Assembly (NCBI GenBank): GCA_951406725.2 | Contig: OX597830.1 | Span: forward strand, 6,820,001-6,884,000 | Length of the DNA stretch: 64,000 nucleotides | Direction: 5' to 3' | DNA from: Octopus vulgaris | Taxonomy: Eukaryota | Shown: positions 14,557-28,218 of the stretch, piece after piece | Position numbering within the stretch: position 1 is the stretch's first letter | How the letters are laid out: the number at the start of each line of letters is the position of its first letter | Program-made: the position numbers and the translations under genes | Notes under the pieces: model-generated | Told to the model about the DNA's origin: nothing | Databases searched by the model: none | Seen by the model: the letters and a program-made list of their open reading frames with translations, nothing else

Positions 14557-16147
14557 ATGCTGCTGCTACTTCTAGTATTATTATTGCTACTACTATCGAC
14601 ATTGCAAAAAGAGGATGTTTTGGTAACAGGTACCATGCCATCACTAATTGTTTCAGATGCTTGTGTAGTCTCCAGTAGACATAGACCCCTCCGTTCTTGT
14701 TCCCTCGACCAAACGGAACGGGATGTAAGGGGCTAAGGGAGAGAAAGCTTTGTTCCTGTACTCAATTGATACTCATTCACAGTGGAGTTACACAGTCGTT
14801 CCATTTAACACCGATAATAGAGTGGAGCTTCTTTTAGTTTTTTGACGTCACTTCGGGAAGACGTGGTCAAGATGAAACGAAATAAATTATCGGCCACACG
14901 ATAAAACGCCGATGACGACGGGCAACATAAAATGAAGTACCTTGCTCATGGATGGAATACTTTACTCAGTACATAATCTGTGACCTCTTGATCGTGAGTG
15001 CACCACACTAACTACTAATTACAATGCATCTCAGTTAATCCGTTCGCTCTTGGTGGAGCAGACGCCATTGACGACTTTTTAAATCTGATCTCGATTCAGA
15101 GATTTCTTTTTATTATTATTTTTTTTTGCTTCTCATCAAGTCGGATCTTTGCTTTTTCAATTCTGCTTCGTTACCCTCTCCACCCCCACCCCCCCTGCAT
15201 ATGTCTCCTGAGAGAAAGCTTTCATCTCTCAGGACTTGCAAGTCTTGTTGGTTTTGAATTAGCATCGATGCTTCTGCAACTCTGCTTTTTATCTAGGTAG
15301 GAGTGTTGGCCCGAGCACAGCCACTTTTACCTCTGGAGAAAATATGGACCATATTAGCCTGGCTTCTATCTTTGACCTGTCCAGCACGGAAAGCCTTACC
15401 AAGACCTTACTCTCCACTAGAATAGTTTTCAGCGTCATAAAGGCATTCATTTTTCAACATGTCTTTCTAACCTTTTAAGACTGTTCCGTGTGATCTGAGA
15501 AACAAGCTGCTGCTATTTCTCGTATCAAGACAACACCAACAGAGGACAATAACTCCCTAGGACAATTATCCCCCTTGGTTAATAACCCCCTCTCTAATAT
15601 ATTAAGAAGTTGTAAATCATCATGTGTTGTCCTCAGGGTTAATTTTCCTTGGTGGGTAAATGTCCTTGACTCGCTATTTCTATCAGGTCAAGAAGCGATA
15701 TTATGTCGCTTGTAATTGAGAAGTTGCATTAAATAAAATTAGAGGTCAATACAATTCTCTTGTATATATACACACTTGACATCAAGCGATTATGACCCTC
15801 ATCCTTTTGGAGTTCGATAAAATAAATAGCAGTTAAATACTGGGACCGATGTAATCGACTTAGCCGCGCCCAACATTGCCGGCCTTGCGTCGGAACTTGA
15901 AACAAATCTTACTATGTTGCAAGGCGGCGAGCTGGCAGAATCGTTAGCACGTCGGGCAAAATGCTTAGCAGCATTTCGTTTGTCTTTTACGTTCTGAGTT
16001 CAAATTCCGCCGAGGTCGACTTTGCCTTTCGGCCCTTCGGAGGTCGATAAAATAAATACCAGTTGAATGCTGGGGTCGATGTATTCGACTTATCCCCTCC
16101 CCGAAATTGCTGGCCCTGTGTCAAAGTTTGAAATCAGTGATATAATG

Positions 16148-16334
16148 CAGTAATCACTCGCCATATCGCGGTTCACCTATCGCGCACTCAGTACATCACG
16201 GATTTTTCTGGCTAATATATGTAAATTTAGATCGCGGGTTTTTGCAGCCGATAGGTATTTATATATTTTTTAAATTTTAGTTATTTCTAGGGAATGTTTT
16301 GGAACGTAACACCCGTGATAGTCGAAGCATTATG
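16148..16334. mobile_element. pogo/Tigger-like MITE
   Basis: Degenerate TIRs CAGTAATCACTCGCCATATCGCGG ... CCGTGATAGTCGAAGCATTATG followed by TA. Confidence 0.55.
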
Positions 16335-16872
16335 TACTTATAAGAAAGAAAAATTAAAAATTAAACACAGTTTAATACACATCATTGTCACAGACATTGC
16401 TGCGTAGTTAAGAAGCTCGGTTTACAAACACGTGGTTTCAGGTTCAGTCCCACTGTGGGACATGTTGGTAAAGTGTCTTCCACTATAGGCCCGGGCCAAT
16501 TAATTTCTTGTGAGTGAATTTGCTAACCCTGAGGCTATAGTAGAAAATATTTGCCCAAGATGCTACGCAGTGGGGCTGAACCTGGAACCACGTGATTACA
16601 AAAAGTACTTCTCTACCACACAGCCATATCTGTACCGATAAGTTATGGGTTATATGATTGGAATATGACCCTCAATTTTTGGTGAGTACAGCATAATTTC
16701 AAAGAAATTTAGCTGCTATTTCTACCATATCATACAGCCACTTACTATGTATGTCGCATAAGATATAACCAGGCCAATGTAATCACCGTGTCACAACATT
16801 CACTGACTGAAAGGACATTAGTCAATAATTAATGATAATTAGATAACATTTATTAACGTTTTTTTACACACA

Positions 16873-16977
<105 letters not shown>

Positions 16978-16984
16978 ACATATA

Positions 16985-19175
16985 GACACGCATACAAATA
17001 TACAAATAAATATATCCGTAAATATATATATAGATATGTCTTTACACCAAGATAAATATATACACCGCAACGTATATACGCATACAAACATTTTATAAAA
17101 CATGTGTGGTATATAGAATATTAAAATAAGGAAATTGTACAATAAATTAATATAAGATAATTAAATGTGATATAAAATATATATATAAATCTAAAATATA
17201 AAATTTGAATATATAAAAGAAATTTAATATATAAAGAAAAATGAGTAAAAATGAGTAAAAAATAAACTCTTAAATTTGTAAAACAGTCGAAGATTTTCTT
17301 AAAAGTCTGATGTAAAGTATAAAATGTGAAGTCGAAATATGTCCTAGCATCGTGATACAAAACACCTATATATAAGGTGTAAAACCAATTTCAAATGCGA
17401 AAGTCAAAAGTTTTACTCACACGAGATTTCTTCAGTTGACATTTTAAACCTCACAGCGTGCCTGAAGGAATTTAAGAGCACGCGTCTCTGGTTCAATGCC
17501 TGTTTATCCTAAAACAGGATGAAGAACTTTTTTGAGAGGCAAAGATGACATTTTATAGGTCTTCTATAAGCTCCATGCTTGTATGATGATGCTTCTGCCA
17601 AAATTGTCCAGCTGATATTGAAAGGACGGGTGTCATTCTCCTTCAATTCCCAGATATGTTTTGCAAGACTTGTTGCTCTCCTGTTCTCGGGGTATCGAAA
17701 ATAATTTCGGTGGGAATAAAATCGAGTCTTGAATGGATTTTTTGAAGCCCTTGTGTAAGTTTTACATTCTTGTGAGCCATCTATTTACACTTTAGCTCGA
17801 TAAACAATTCCTTTTTCAAGACATTTACGTTCCAACGGATAGCAAGTCTTATCTTTCAAGTTACATTTTCACAGATTAGATTCGACACTGTAGTTGTTTG
17901 TAATAATTTTTGTGTTATGCTGATTAATAAAAGAGGCGAAGTTTTTGCAACAAGAATAGCTAACTTTCAGCGTTCTCTTATTAAACATTCTACAGGCCTT
18001 ATGGCTAGATTGAAAATGTTTAGAAACTAATTTTAAGAATCCCTTATCTACGTTATGAGAGCTGTTACGGCAATATTAAATGCTGGATTAAACCACAAAA
18101 TATTCCTAGTTCTAGTTCTACGTGGTCTATTATTATTAGAATTAGCTTCACTATACTGTATCTTCTCCAATAATCCACTTTTTCTTAATGCATTATTATA
18201 ACACGGCCTGGCATTTTGAAATGCTGCCTTATCTGAAGATATTGATGATATGCGCCTTTCTATATTACTAACTAGGTTCTTAAGAATTACGGGTGGATGA
18301 TTTGATTCTTTACTAATAAAACTTATCTTTTCATTGGGCTTTCGATAGGGTTTAAATTTATCTAATTTCAAATTTAAGTTGATATCTAAAAAAATCTACC
18401 TTATTAAGGTTACTTTCTATCGTAATCCCTAAGCCCATTTTTGGGAAGAAAGTAATCAGGTTCTTCCTAAGATTATCTAACTCATGGCCATTTAAATTAC
18501 GGGTGACATTAAGATCGTCATCCCTGTATCTATAAAAGGGAATTCTAGATGCAGGTTATGCAAAATATAAGTTCTTATAAGCATACACAGCTCCGCCCCA
18601 TTGTGTGCCCCCATCGCCACATCGAATAGAGAATCCTCACTCTTTTTGACCCTGGTGGAATCATCGTAAAAAAGGGATTTCCTTACATGCAGGAAATTTC
18701 GGTGGGAATAAAACCGAGTCTTGAATGAATTTTACGAAGCCCCTGTGTAAGTTTTTAGCTCTATTCCGAGCTATTGTTGGTGACATACTGTTTTGCGAAT
18801 GCTTTTAGAAGCAAAGGCTGAGATATTTACGGGTAAGAATCGATAATATTGAACTGCGTAAATCTGCAGTTATGCTTATGGCTAATTCCTTTCAACCAAT
18901 CTATCACTGACTTGCTATTTCTCCAAACCCGTAAATTTAATTCACTAACTAACTTGCTTAAAATACGTCCTAAAATATATTTGCTAATAATGCCTATTTC
19001 AGTTTTAGCTGGGTTAATTAGTCTTCATTTAGGGTTCCTACTAAAATTAGCGTAATAAAGGGTTGGCGTGGCGGGGAGGTATTCTATCCTATCGCTAACT
19101 TTAAGATTGTTAGCAATACTTCTTGTCACCATTTGTTATTCTCTGATTTTCTTTTCGTTTTCTTCCTCTCACCTG
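16985..19175 (-). pseudogene. decayed Naiad-type Penelope-like element (RT + GIY-YIG remnants)
   Basis: Minus-strand remnants: RLINPAKTEIG, AMGAHNGAELC, YRDD (18517-18528), ORF 18048-18371 (KPYRKPNE..SNHPP..RRISSISS..ILWFNP), GIY-YIG FKTRFYSHRN and C-terminal KCHLCL. Multiple stops and frameshifts; boundaries approximate. Confidence 0.85.
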
Positions 19176-19329
19176 TGACAACTAAATTGTATAAGCATAC
19201 ACCGGGAGGTACTATGCGCGTGTGTGTGCGTGCATACATATATATGCATTTATATATATTTATGTTTTGCCTACATTTGTGTGTACATGTATGTATCCAT
19301 GTAACAACGCCTGTATGCTAAGTGTATAT

Positions 19330-19745
19330 ATGTATATATAGGTTGTTTGGTATGTGTATGTATTACTAAAAGCATATGTATTTTAGCGTGAAAGTTTTTT
19401 TATTCATTCAAATTTATTATTATTTTTTACCCCTAATTTTTTACCCTGGGTATTCAGGTCCTTTTTCCATCTACATAAGCTATTTTTGAATTAAGGTTTT
19501 CTTCGATTTTTATATGATATTTTAAACCGCAATTGTAATTTCATGCGACCGGCTATTGTAAAGAGCCTTAGTTGAAAGGACCAATGAAACAAAACCATTT
19601 TCAAATCTGTATCTATCAGAGTAACAGTATATTTATGCATATAACCTTATTTTGTTCCATTCTCAACCCAAACTGTTAGACGAACGGGAAAGTGAAACTC
19701 TGAGTAACAAGTTTTGTGATATTTTTGCTGCTTTTTAATAAAATA
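19330..19745 (+). mobile_element. Naiad-like 3' terminus with degenerate HHR (19670-19714), oriented away from the decayed Naiad
   Basis: aaactgt TAGACGA AC-gggaaa-GT GAAACTCTGAGTA acaagttt has the same ACTC-N-GAGT stem III as the HHR of the young Naiad. Ends in an AT-rich tract. Confidence 0.45.
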
Positions 19746-19969
19746 TATATAAAAAATATATATGCAAAGGGCTTCTTCCAGTTTCCGTCTACTAAATCCA
19801 CTAAGAAGGATTTCATCGGCCCGAGGATATAGTAGAAGTCACTTCAACAACGTGTCATTAATATATATGTTGTATATGTACGTACATAGCTTGTATATAT
19901 GTGTGTGTATATATATATATATATGTGTGTGTGCGTGTGTGTGTGTGTGTGTACATGTATGTAGACATG

Positions 19970-20387
19970 TAGGTGCAGGAGTGGCTGTGTGGTAAGTAGC
20001 TTGATTATCAACCACATGCACAAGGTTCCGGGTTCATTCCCACTACGTAGCACCTTGGGCAAGTGTCTTCTACTATAGCCATGGGACGACCAAAGTCTTG
20101 TGAGTGGATTTGGTAGACGGAAACTGAAAGAAGCCCGTCGTATATATATGCATGTGTGTGTATATGTTTGGGTGTCTGTGTTTGTCCTCCCAACATCGCT
20201 TGTCAACTGATACTGGTGTGTTTACGTCCCTGTAACTTAGCGGTTCGGCAAAAGACACCGATAGAATAAGTACTAGGCTTACAAACACTAAGTCGTGGTG
20301 TCGATTTGCTCGACTAAAGGCGGTGCTCCAGCATGGCCGCAGTCAAATGACTGAAACAAATAAAAGAGTAAAAGAGAGAGTAAAAAG
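19970..20387 (+). mobile_element. tRNA-derived SINE family 2 (full length, internal TA/TG microsatellite)
   Basis: Head GGTGCAGGAGTGGCTGTGTGGTAAG...GGTTC, CORE-like CCTTGGGCAAG, internal (TA)/(TG), tail CCAGCATGGCCGCAGTCAAATGACTGAAACAA.TAAAAGAG. Other copies at ~3000-3222 minus, 20452-20617 minus, 21475-21890 minus, 23927-24630, 26560-26815, 40320-40900, 43695-44110 minus, 45088-45420, 49620-49940 minus, 52800-53000 minus. Confidence 0.85.
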
Positions 20388-20396
20388 TATATGTAT

Positions 20397-20454
<58 letters not shown>

Positions 20455-20695
20455 ACGACGGGCTTCTTTGAGCTTCCGTCTACCAAATCCACTCACAAGG
20501 CTTTGGTCTGCCGAGGCTAAAGTAGAAGACACTTGAACAAGGTGCCACGCAGTGGGACTGAACCCAGAACCATGTGGTTGGGAACAAACTCCTTACCACA
20601 CAGCCACTCCTGCGCCTATATTTCTATATATATAAATATTTATAAATATTTATTTATTTATTTATATATATATATATATATACATACGTACACAC

Positions 20696-20740
<45 letters not shown>

Positions 20741-21286
20741 TATATATATATATACACACATACACACATGAATAAATGTAACACAGGTAATTACTTGTGA
20801 GTTGCTTATTAAAATAAACACACTTGTGTGCGTGTGTGTAATATTCATTCTATATAAATATATATGTGTGTGGCTGACTATTTGTATACTTGTGTGTACA
20901 AATGCGTCTATGAATGTGTGTGTGTGTGTGTGTACACCTTCCTAGCTTGTGACGTCATCGAAAGACAGGCGGTGCTGGACACACAATCCTAGCTGACGCC
21001 AGGTAGATTTCATTAAGAACTTGCATATAACCACCTTCTCCTCTCTGTCTACCACTGTGCTGTGTGTGTACGCGTGTGTGCATACGTGTGCGTACTTGTG
21101 TGCGTGAGTGTATATATATATATATATATCCCACTGTATATAGTGTGTGCGTGCGTGTTGCGTGTCTTTGTATGTTGCAAGCGGTAAGCTACCCTTCGTT
21201 GTCAGTTGATTATTAGAAATGAGTGAAGCATTCAGAGAATTAGTGAGTGACAGAAAGAGGTATGGTGAGAGGGAGGAGAATGAGCA

Positions 21287-21320
<34 letters not shown>

Positions 21321-22007
21321 AGAGAGAGAGAGGAAGAGGTAGAGGAAGGGTGAAGTAATTTAAAGAGTGAAACTGTGTGGATTGGTTCGTTGATATATGT
21401 CAGTGTGTGAGCGCGTCTGTCTGTCTCTGTCCGTGTGTCTGTAATTTTTGTACGTTCGATTTCGTATACATATACTCTTTTACTTGTTTCAGTCATTTGA
21501 ATGTGGCCATGCTGGAGCACCGCCTTTAGACGAGCAAATCGACCACAGGACTTATTCTTTGTATACCCAGTACTTATTCTATCGGTCTCTTTTGCCGAAC
21601 CGCTAAGTTACGGTGTCGTAAACACGCCAGCATCGGTTGTCAAGCGATGTTAGGGTGACAAACACAGACACACAAACACACATACACACAAACACACACA
21701 CGCACACACACACATGCACACACACACACACATACACATATATACGACGGGCTTCTTTCAGTTTCCGTCTACCAAATCCACTCACAAGGCTTTGGTTGGC
21801 CCAAGGCTATAGTAGAAGACACTTGCCCAAGGTGCCACGCAGTGGGACTGAACCTGGAAACATGTGGTTGGTAAGCAAGCTACTTACCACACTAAATTTC
21901 TATAGTCACACAGGCACACGCATTATCCCATACATGCACACACTATCACACGGATATATTTGCGAATATTTGCGTACATATATGCATACATACCTGCACA
22001 CATGTCC

Positions 22008-22042
<35 letters not shown>

Positions 22043-22264
22043 GCGAGCTGGCAGAAACGTTAGCGCGCCGGGCGAAATGCTTGGCGGCATTTCGTCTGTC
22101 GTTACGTTCTGAGTTCAAATTCTGCCGAGGTCGACTTTGCCTTTCATCCTTTCGGGGTCGATAAATAAAGTACCAGTTTCGCACGGGGGTCGATGTAATC
22201 GACTTAATCCCTTTGTCTGTCTTTGTTTGTCTCTTCTTTGTTTGTCTCTTGTGGGTAGTAAAGA

Positions 22265-22299
<35 letters not shown>

Positions 22300-22762
22300 A
22301 TTATAGACAAACACACTTATATGTCTGGGGTAAAATGAGTAATTTCTGATTTCTCGATATTTTCTTCCTACCTGTTTGAAATTATTGCATTGCAAGAATT
22401 GCAGAACCATTTTGTACTGTTGCGTCATCTTTAGGAGTAAAATTAATCAGTATTGTTGTTGTTGCGGTTGTTGTTGTTCTTCTTCTTTGGAGTGTTTGTA
22501 ACTCAGTGAGTTCACAGACACTTTTTCAAGGAATTTGTACTCAACTTTGACCCGACAGTATTCGAGATGGCTAATAAGATGATAATTGAGTATTTAACAA
22601 TGAAAACTATTTCTTTTGTTGGATTATAAGTCAATTTTCCCCACACTGATGTCTAATTTGAACATTTTTCAATGTCCAAATTTCAAAAATGTGAGAAAAT
22701 ATTTTATTACTAAGTTCAATAATTTTTCTCTTAACTGCATGGTGAGTAAATATATATTCATT

Positions 22763-23240
22763 TCTACTCTAGGCCCGAAATTTCTGGGAGGAGAACAGTC
22801 GATCAGATCGACCCCAGTACATAACTGGTACTTAATTTATCGACCCCGAAAGGATATAAGGCAAAGTCGACCTCAGCGGAATTTGAACTCAGAACGTAGT
22901 GGCAGACAAAATACCTATTTCTTTACCACCCACAAGGGGCTAAACAGAGAGTGGACGAACAAGGACAGACAAACGGATTAAGTCGATTATATCGACCCCA
23001 GTGCGTAACTGGTACATATTTAATCGACCCCGAAAGGATGAAAGGCAAAGGCGACCTCGGTGGAATGTGAACCCAGAACGTAGCGGCAGAAGAAATACCT
23101 ATTTCTTTACTGTTCACATGGGGCTAAACACAGAGGGGACAAACAAGGACAGTCAAACGGATTAAATCGATTATATCGACCCCAGAACGTAACTGGTACT
23201 TAATTTTTTCGACCTCAGAACCTAACGGCAGACGAAATAC
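22763..23240 (-). mobile_element. tandem multimer of SINE family 1 segments
   Basis: Three consecutive ~180-bp overlapping units containing TCGACCCCAG..AACTGGTAC..TCGACC. Confidence 0.75.
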
Positions 23241-24100
23241 AGGCCACTCCAGCAGATCACGAAGAAGCTATAGACAATATTTTACGTTGTGTTTTGAGAT
23301 TTAGATGAGCTTTTGAAATTTCTTATAACGTGCCATTTTTCCATGAGCCTCTTTCATTTGACCAAGATATCTTCAATTCTTGTGTAATTCCAGATCCTTT
23401 TTATGTTTAAGTATGGATATTGATGTGTATGAGTATTTTGAAACCTATTTCTGCTGCTACTATTACTACTACCACCACCACTGCTGCTGCTGCTACTACT
23501 ACTACTACTACTACAATAGCAATTGTCATTGTTACAGTCTCCGCCATTTTATGCCTTTAACGTAACTAACGGTTTGTTCTTTCTTAAGTTTTTATCCGTT
23601 ACTGCTCTTAGCGTCTTTTCTCTTTCCTTCTCTCACCGGTGCAGTTGTTCTTTTCCAGCGTTGCCGCAATTGTTTATATTGCTGGTGATAGTGTGTGTGT
23701 GTGTGTGTGTGGGGGGGTGATGCTGTTGCATTTGTTGGTGTTGTTGTTGCCGTAGTCTTGCTGCTGCTGCTGCTGTTCTACTCCAATTGGTGTTACTTTT
23801 ACTGCTTTCGTTTCCCCCCCCCTCCTCTTGTTCCTGTTGCTGCTGTTAGTGTCACAGTTGCTAACGCTGCACTTGTTGTTTCTTCTAATGATGCCATTAT
23901 TAATAGTGTTGCTATTATTAGTCCTACAGCAGTGGCTGTGTGGTAAGTAGCTTGCTTAGCAACCAACCACATGGTTCCGGGTTCAGTCCCACTGCGTGGC
24001 TCCTTATACAAGGGTCTTCTACTATCGCCTTGGGCCGACCAAAACCTTGTCAGTGGATTTGTTGGACGGAAACTGAAAGAAGCCCGTCGTATATATTATG

Positions 24101-24132
<32 letters not shown>

Positions 24133-24284
24133 TACATATATAAGTAGCTTGCTTACCAACCACATGGTTCCGGGTTCAGTCCCACTGCGTGGTACCTTGT
24201 GCAAGTGGTGGCTTCTACTATAGACTTGAGCTGACCAAAGCATTGAGAGTGGATTTGTTGGACAGAAACTGAAAGAAGCCCGTC

Positions 24285-24332
<48 letters not shown>

Positions 24333-24879
24333 GACGGGCTTCTATATATATATATATGAATATATATATATATGTATGTATATTCATATATATATATATA
24401 TGTATGGATGTGTTTGTGTGTCTATGTTTGTCCCCCCCCCAGCATTGCTTGACAACCGATGTTGGTGAGTTTCCCCCCCCCCCCGTAACTTCGCGGTTCG
24501 GCAAAAAAAAACGAGAGAAGAAGTACTAGGCTTAAAAAAATTAGTCCTGGGGATCGATTTGTTCGACTAAAGACGGTGCTCTGGCATGGCCGCAGTCAAG
24601 ACGACTGAATCAAATAAAAGAATAAAAGAATAGTTGTTCACGTTTTTGTTGCTGTTGTTCTTAGAATTTCTAGCACCTTTGTTGTCATTATTGTTGCTGC
24701 TGGTGCTGTTATTGTTGCTGTAGTGTTAGTTAGGACCAAATCTTTAATAGTTTAACGCCTATTCACTGTAAAATCAGTGTATGGCTGTATAACAACCAGT
24801 TTTAATGAAGTAACAGCGAACCTGTTTCGCCTTTAGAGTTGTCCTATTTCAGAAAAAGGACAGACCTTTAAGTTGTTAT

Positions 24880-25190
24880 TCATTTTATTTTCCTACCATC
24901 CTGCCACCATACCTCCCTATTTTCCCACCATTCTACAATTCTATCAACCCCTCTCCCGATCTTCTTACGATCTTACCTTCCTACCACCCTATCTCTCTAT
25001 CAGCCAACCATCCTATCATTTTATTTTAAACTCCACCTTTTAGCATCCTAACACCTTATCTTCCTACAATCCTGCGCGCTAAATCTTCCATTCGTAACAC
25101 CATCCAGTACTAACTTCCCGTCTGCCTACAATCCTGCCATCTTCAGTATCTCTCTCCATGCCATCCAAATATCCTACATAGCAACATGAC
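24880..25190. repeat. degenerate C/T/A-rich minisatellite (~9-nt CCTACCATC-like unit)
   Basis: Recurrent cctaccatc / cctacaatc / cctgccatc words; G-poor top strand. Confidence 0.5.
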
Positions 25191-25320
25191 TGATTTGACA
25201 TAATTGTTCTCCTAGAAGCTTCCCGCACTCTCCTTTTTTTAAATATCTCACATCACTACGACGGCGTCAACCACCACTAGCAACACCTATACAACCAACA
25301 TCACCACCAACAATAACAGT

Positions 25321-25725
25321 GGAGGCGCAATGGCTCAGTGGTTAGAGCAGCGGACTCGCAGACGGAGGATCGCGGTTTCGATTCCCAGACCGGGCGTTGT
25401 GTGTGTTTATTGAGCCAAAACACCTAAAGCTCCACGAGGCTCCGGCAGGGGGTGGTGGCGACCCCTGTTGTACTCTTTCGCACCGACTTTCTCTCACTCT
25501 TTTTTACTGTTTCTTGTCCCCGAATTCCTACGCAATCGCTGAGCCTGGATGCGCATTCATCCATTCGACGATGCTCTCAGTGTCGGAGCTTGACCTGCTT
25601 TCTCTCCTGCGGGTCTTACGAATAGCAAAGGACCAAGTTTCGGACTTCTCCCACTGCAGACAATCCTCAGGCGCGATCTTGCGAGCTCTTGGACGAAGGC
25701 CGCTTCGCTCAACAAACAAACAACC
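25321..25725 (+). mobile_element. third tRNA-derived SINE with LINE-like 3' portion and (CAAA)n tail
   Basis: A box TGGCTCAGTGGTTAGAGC, B box GGTTTCGATTCCC, ends TCAACAAACAAACAAC. Confidence 0.7.
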
Positions 25726-26237
25726 CAACAATAGCACAACTTTGCCATCACCACAGCTACCAACCAATACCACTAACACCGATACGTTATGAACACTACC
25801 ACCCACACCCATCTATCATACCACCACCACCGGCACTACTGCCGCATCGACCATCGTCGATACCCAACCATCAAGAGTATGCATAAATATTAGGTTCCAA
25901 TTATGGTAGAAGGACAGCACTTTTGTGGGACGGGATGACAGAATTACATCGACCCAAGTACGCAACTGGTACTTATTTTATCGACTCCGAAAGGATGCAA
26001 GGCAAAACGGACTGCGCCAGAATTTGAACTCAGAATGTAAAGCTGGAAGAAATGTTACTAAGTATTTTGCCCGACGAATTAACGATTCTATCACTATGTC
26101 CTTTATTCACCCAATGTTCGGTTTGGTAACAATATATTCATTCATTCATATACACACACGCATACATACATACATATATATAGTTATGTGTATATATATA
26201 TATATATACTTACATATATACATATGTATACATATGT

Positions 26238-26384
<147 letters not shown>

Positions 26385-26404
26385 CATATATACATATATA
26401 TATA

Positions 26405-26550
26405 TAGGGAGAGTTTACGGAAAAGACAAAAGACGAAGACAGGTGGTGTACGAAACAAACATATGTATTACTATAAAGCACAGGAATAGTAAAACTCTTT
26501 TACGTTTCGAGCCTACGCTCTTCTACAGAAAGGAAAAACAAGGAGAGAAA
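26405..26550 (-). mobile_element. PLE terminal fragment with minimal HHR (26497-26532, CUGUAGA core) next to (AT)n
   Basis: Minus strand: cttt CTGTAGA A GAGC-gtag-GCTC GAAAC GT A aaag. Related copy at 44273-44308. Confidence 0.55.
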
Positions 26551-27239
26551 TATATATGCGTGTGTGTGTGTGTGTATGTGTGCATGTGTGTGTGCTTGTG
26601 TGCGTGTTTGTGTGTCTGTGTTTGTCCCTCATCATCGCTTGACAACCGATGTTGGTGTGTTTACGTCCCCGTAACTTAGCGGTTTCGCAAAAGAGACCGA
26701 TGGGATAAGTACTAGACTCACAAAGTATAAGTCATGGGGTCGATTTATTTGACTAAAGGCGCTGCCACAGCATGGCCGCAGTCAAATGACCGAAACAAAT
26801 AAAAGAATAAAAGAATTGTATATGTGTGTGTGTGTTTGTGTATTTAAATATATATATGTATGTGTGTGTTCGTATCACGTCTTCTTTTTACGTTACTCTT
26901 ACAGCATTTCAAATCACATGACATGCGCCCTCCTCCCTTCACTGCGGCACATTATCCACCATTCTCATTCAAGCGCCACATGATAAATTACTATTGACAG
27001 AATGCACAAAATCACAATTGACGAAGTGTCGATAAAACGCTTGGCCGTATTTTGTCTCGTCTTTCCGTCTCTTTACGTTCTCAATAGAAATCGCGGCAGA
27101 TCCGTATTTTGCTTATATCGATCCCGGACTATATCGATCTAGTATCGGCAAAGTATCTACCAGCAAAATACAATAGAATCCTTGCGTCTATGGTAGCAAT
27201 AATTATAATTTTATAGTTCAGCAGAAATCTCCGAAATAT

Positions 27240-27311
<72 letters not shown>

Positions 27312-27545
27312 CAGCAGCAGCAGCAGCAGTAGGAGGAGGAGGAGGAGGAGGTGATGGTGGAGGAGGAGGGAGGAGGAGGGGGAGGGGGAGGGGGAGGAGG
27401 GGGAACATGACAGTGAGCTGACAGAATTTCTGTCGTTTTATGTTCTGAGTTCAACTTCCGCCGAAGTTGAACTTGCAGTTCAGGATTTCGGAGTCCATAA
27501 AAGAAGTATTGATCGCTTCGATCCTGTTTCTTGCATTCATCTTTG

Positions 27546-27596
<51 letters not shown>

Positions 27597-27610
27597 GTTA
27601 CTTTTTTTTT

Positions 27611-28115
27611 CCTTCTTTCAAATTTTCTTCCATTTCTTGCCGAGTGTCTTCCCGACTCCTAGGGCAAAGAAACTCATAGTGTATATTGGTAGGCCATTAA
27701 ACCAAACTCAGTAGTTCGTTCATTTTTTAAAAAATTTTTTTTTTTAAGTTAAATTAAAATGCATGAGCAGCAACAGTTCTCACATCGACAATGCTCTTCT
27801 CAATACGTGTGATGTACCAGTTAAGACAATCTTTTGCACTTCTTGCAGGGATGGTAAGCCAGGGATCATTCTCATATAATTTTCGGTTCCCTTCTTGATC
27901 ATTCCTAGTGCTCCTACGATCACTGGTATTGTAACCGCCTTGAGATGCCACATTTTCTCAATTTCAATGAGTAGGTCTTTATTACAATTTCAATGAGTAG
28001 GTCTTTATTATCTCAATTTCAATGAGTAGGTCTTTATCTCAATTTCAATGAATAGGTCTTTATTACAATTTCAATGAGTAGGTCTTTATCTCAATTTCAA
28101 TGAGTAGGTCTTTAT
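27611..28115 (-). mobile_element. R4/Dong-like family C, 5'-truncated, with six-fold reiterated 5' end
   Basis: Minus strand translates KDLLIEIEKMWHLKAVTIPVIVGALGMIKKGTENYMRMIPGLPSLQEVQKIVLTGTSHVLRRALSM*. Flanked by (TAA)n. Its 3' UTR recurs at 34540-34712. Confidence 0.85.
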
Positions 28116-28117
28116 TA

Positions 28118-28183
<66 letters not shown>

Positions 28184-28218
28184 CATCATCATCATCATCA
28201 TCATTATCATCATTATTA

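Noticed and set aside
25321-25395. tRNA gene
   Set aside because: No proper acceptor or anticodon stems, and it continues into a SINE body.
27956-28115. CRISPR-like direct repeats
   Set aside because: No spacers, the unit is retrotransposon coding sequence, eukaryotic context, and no cas genes.
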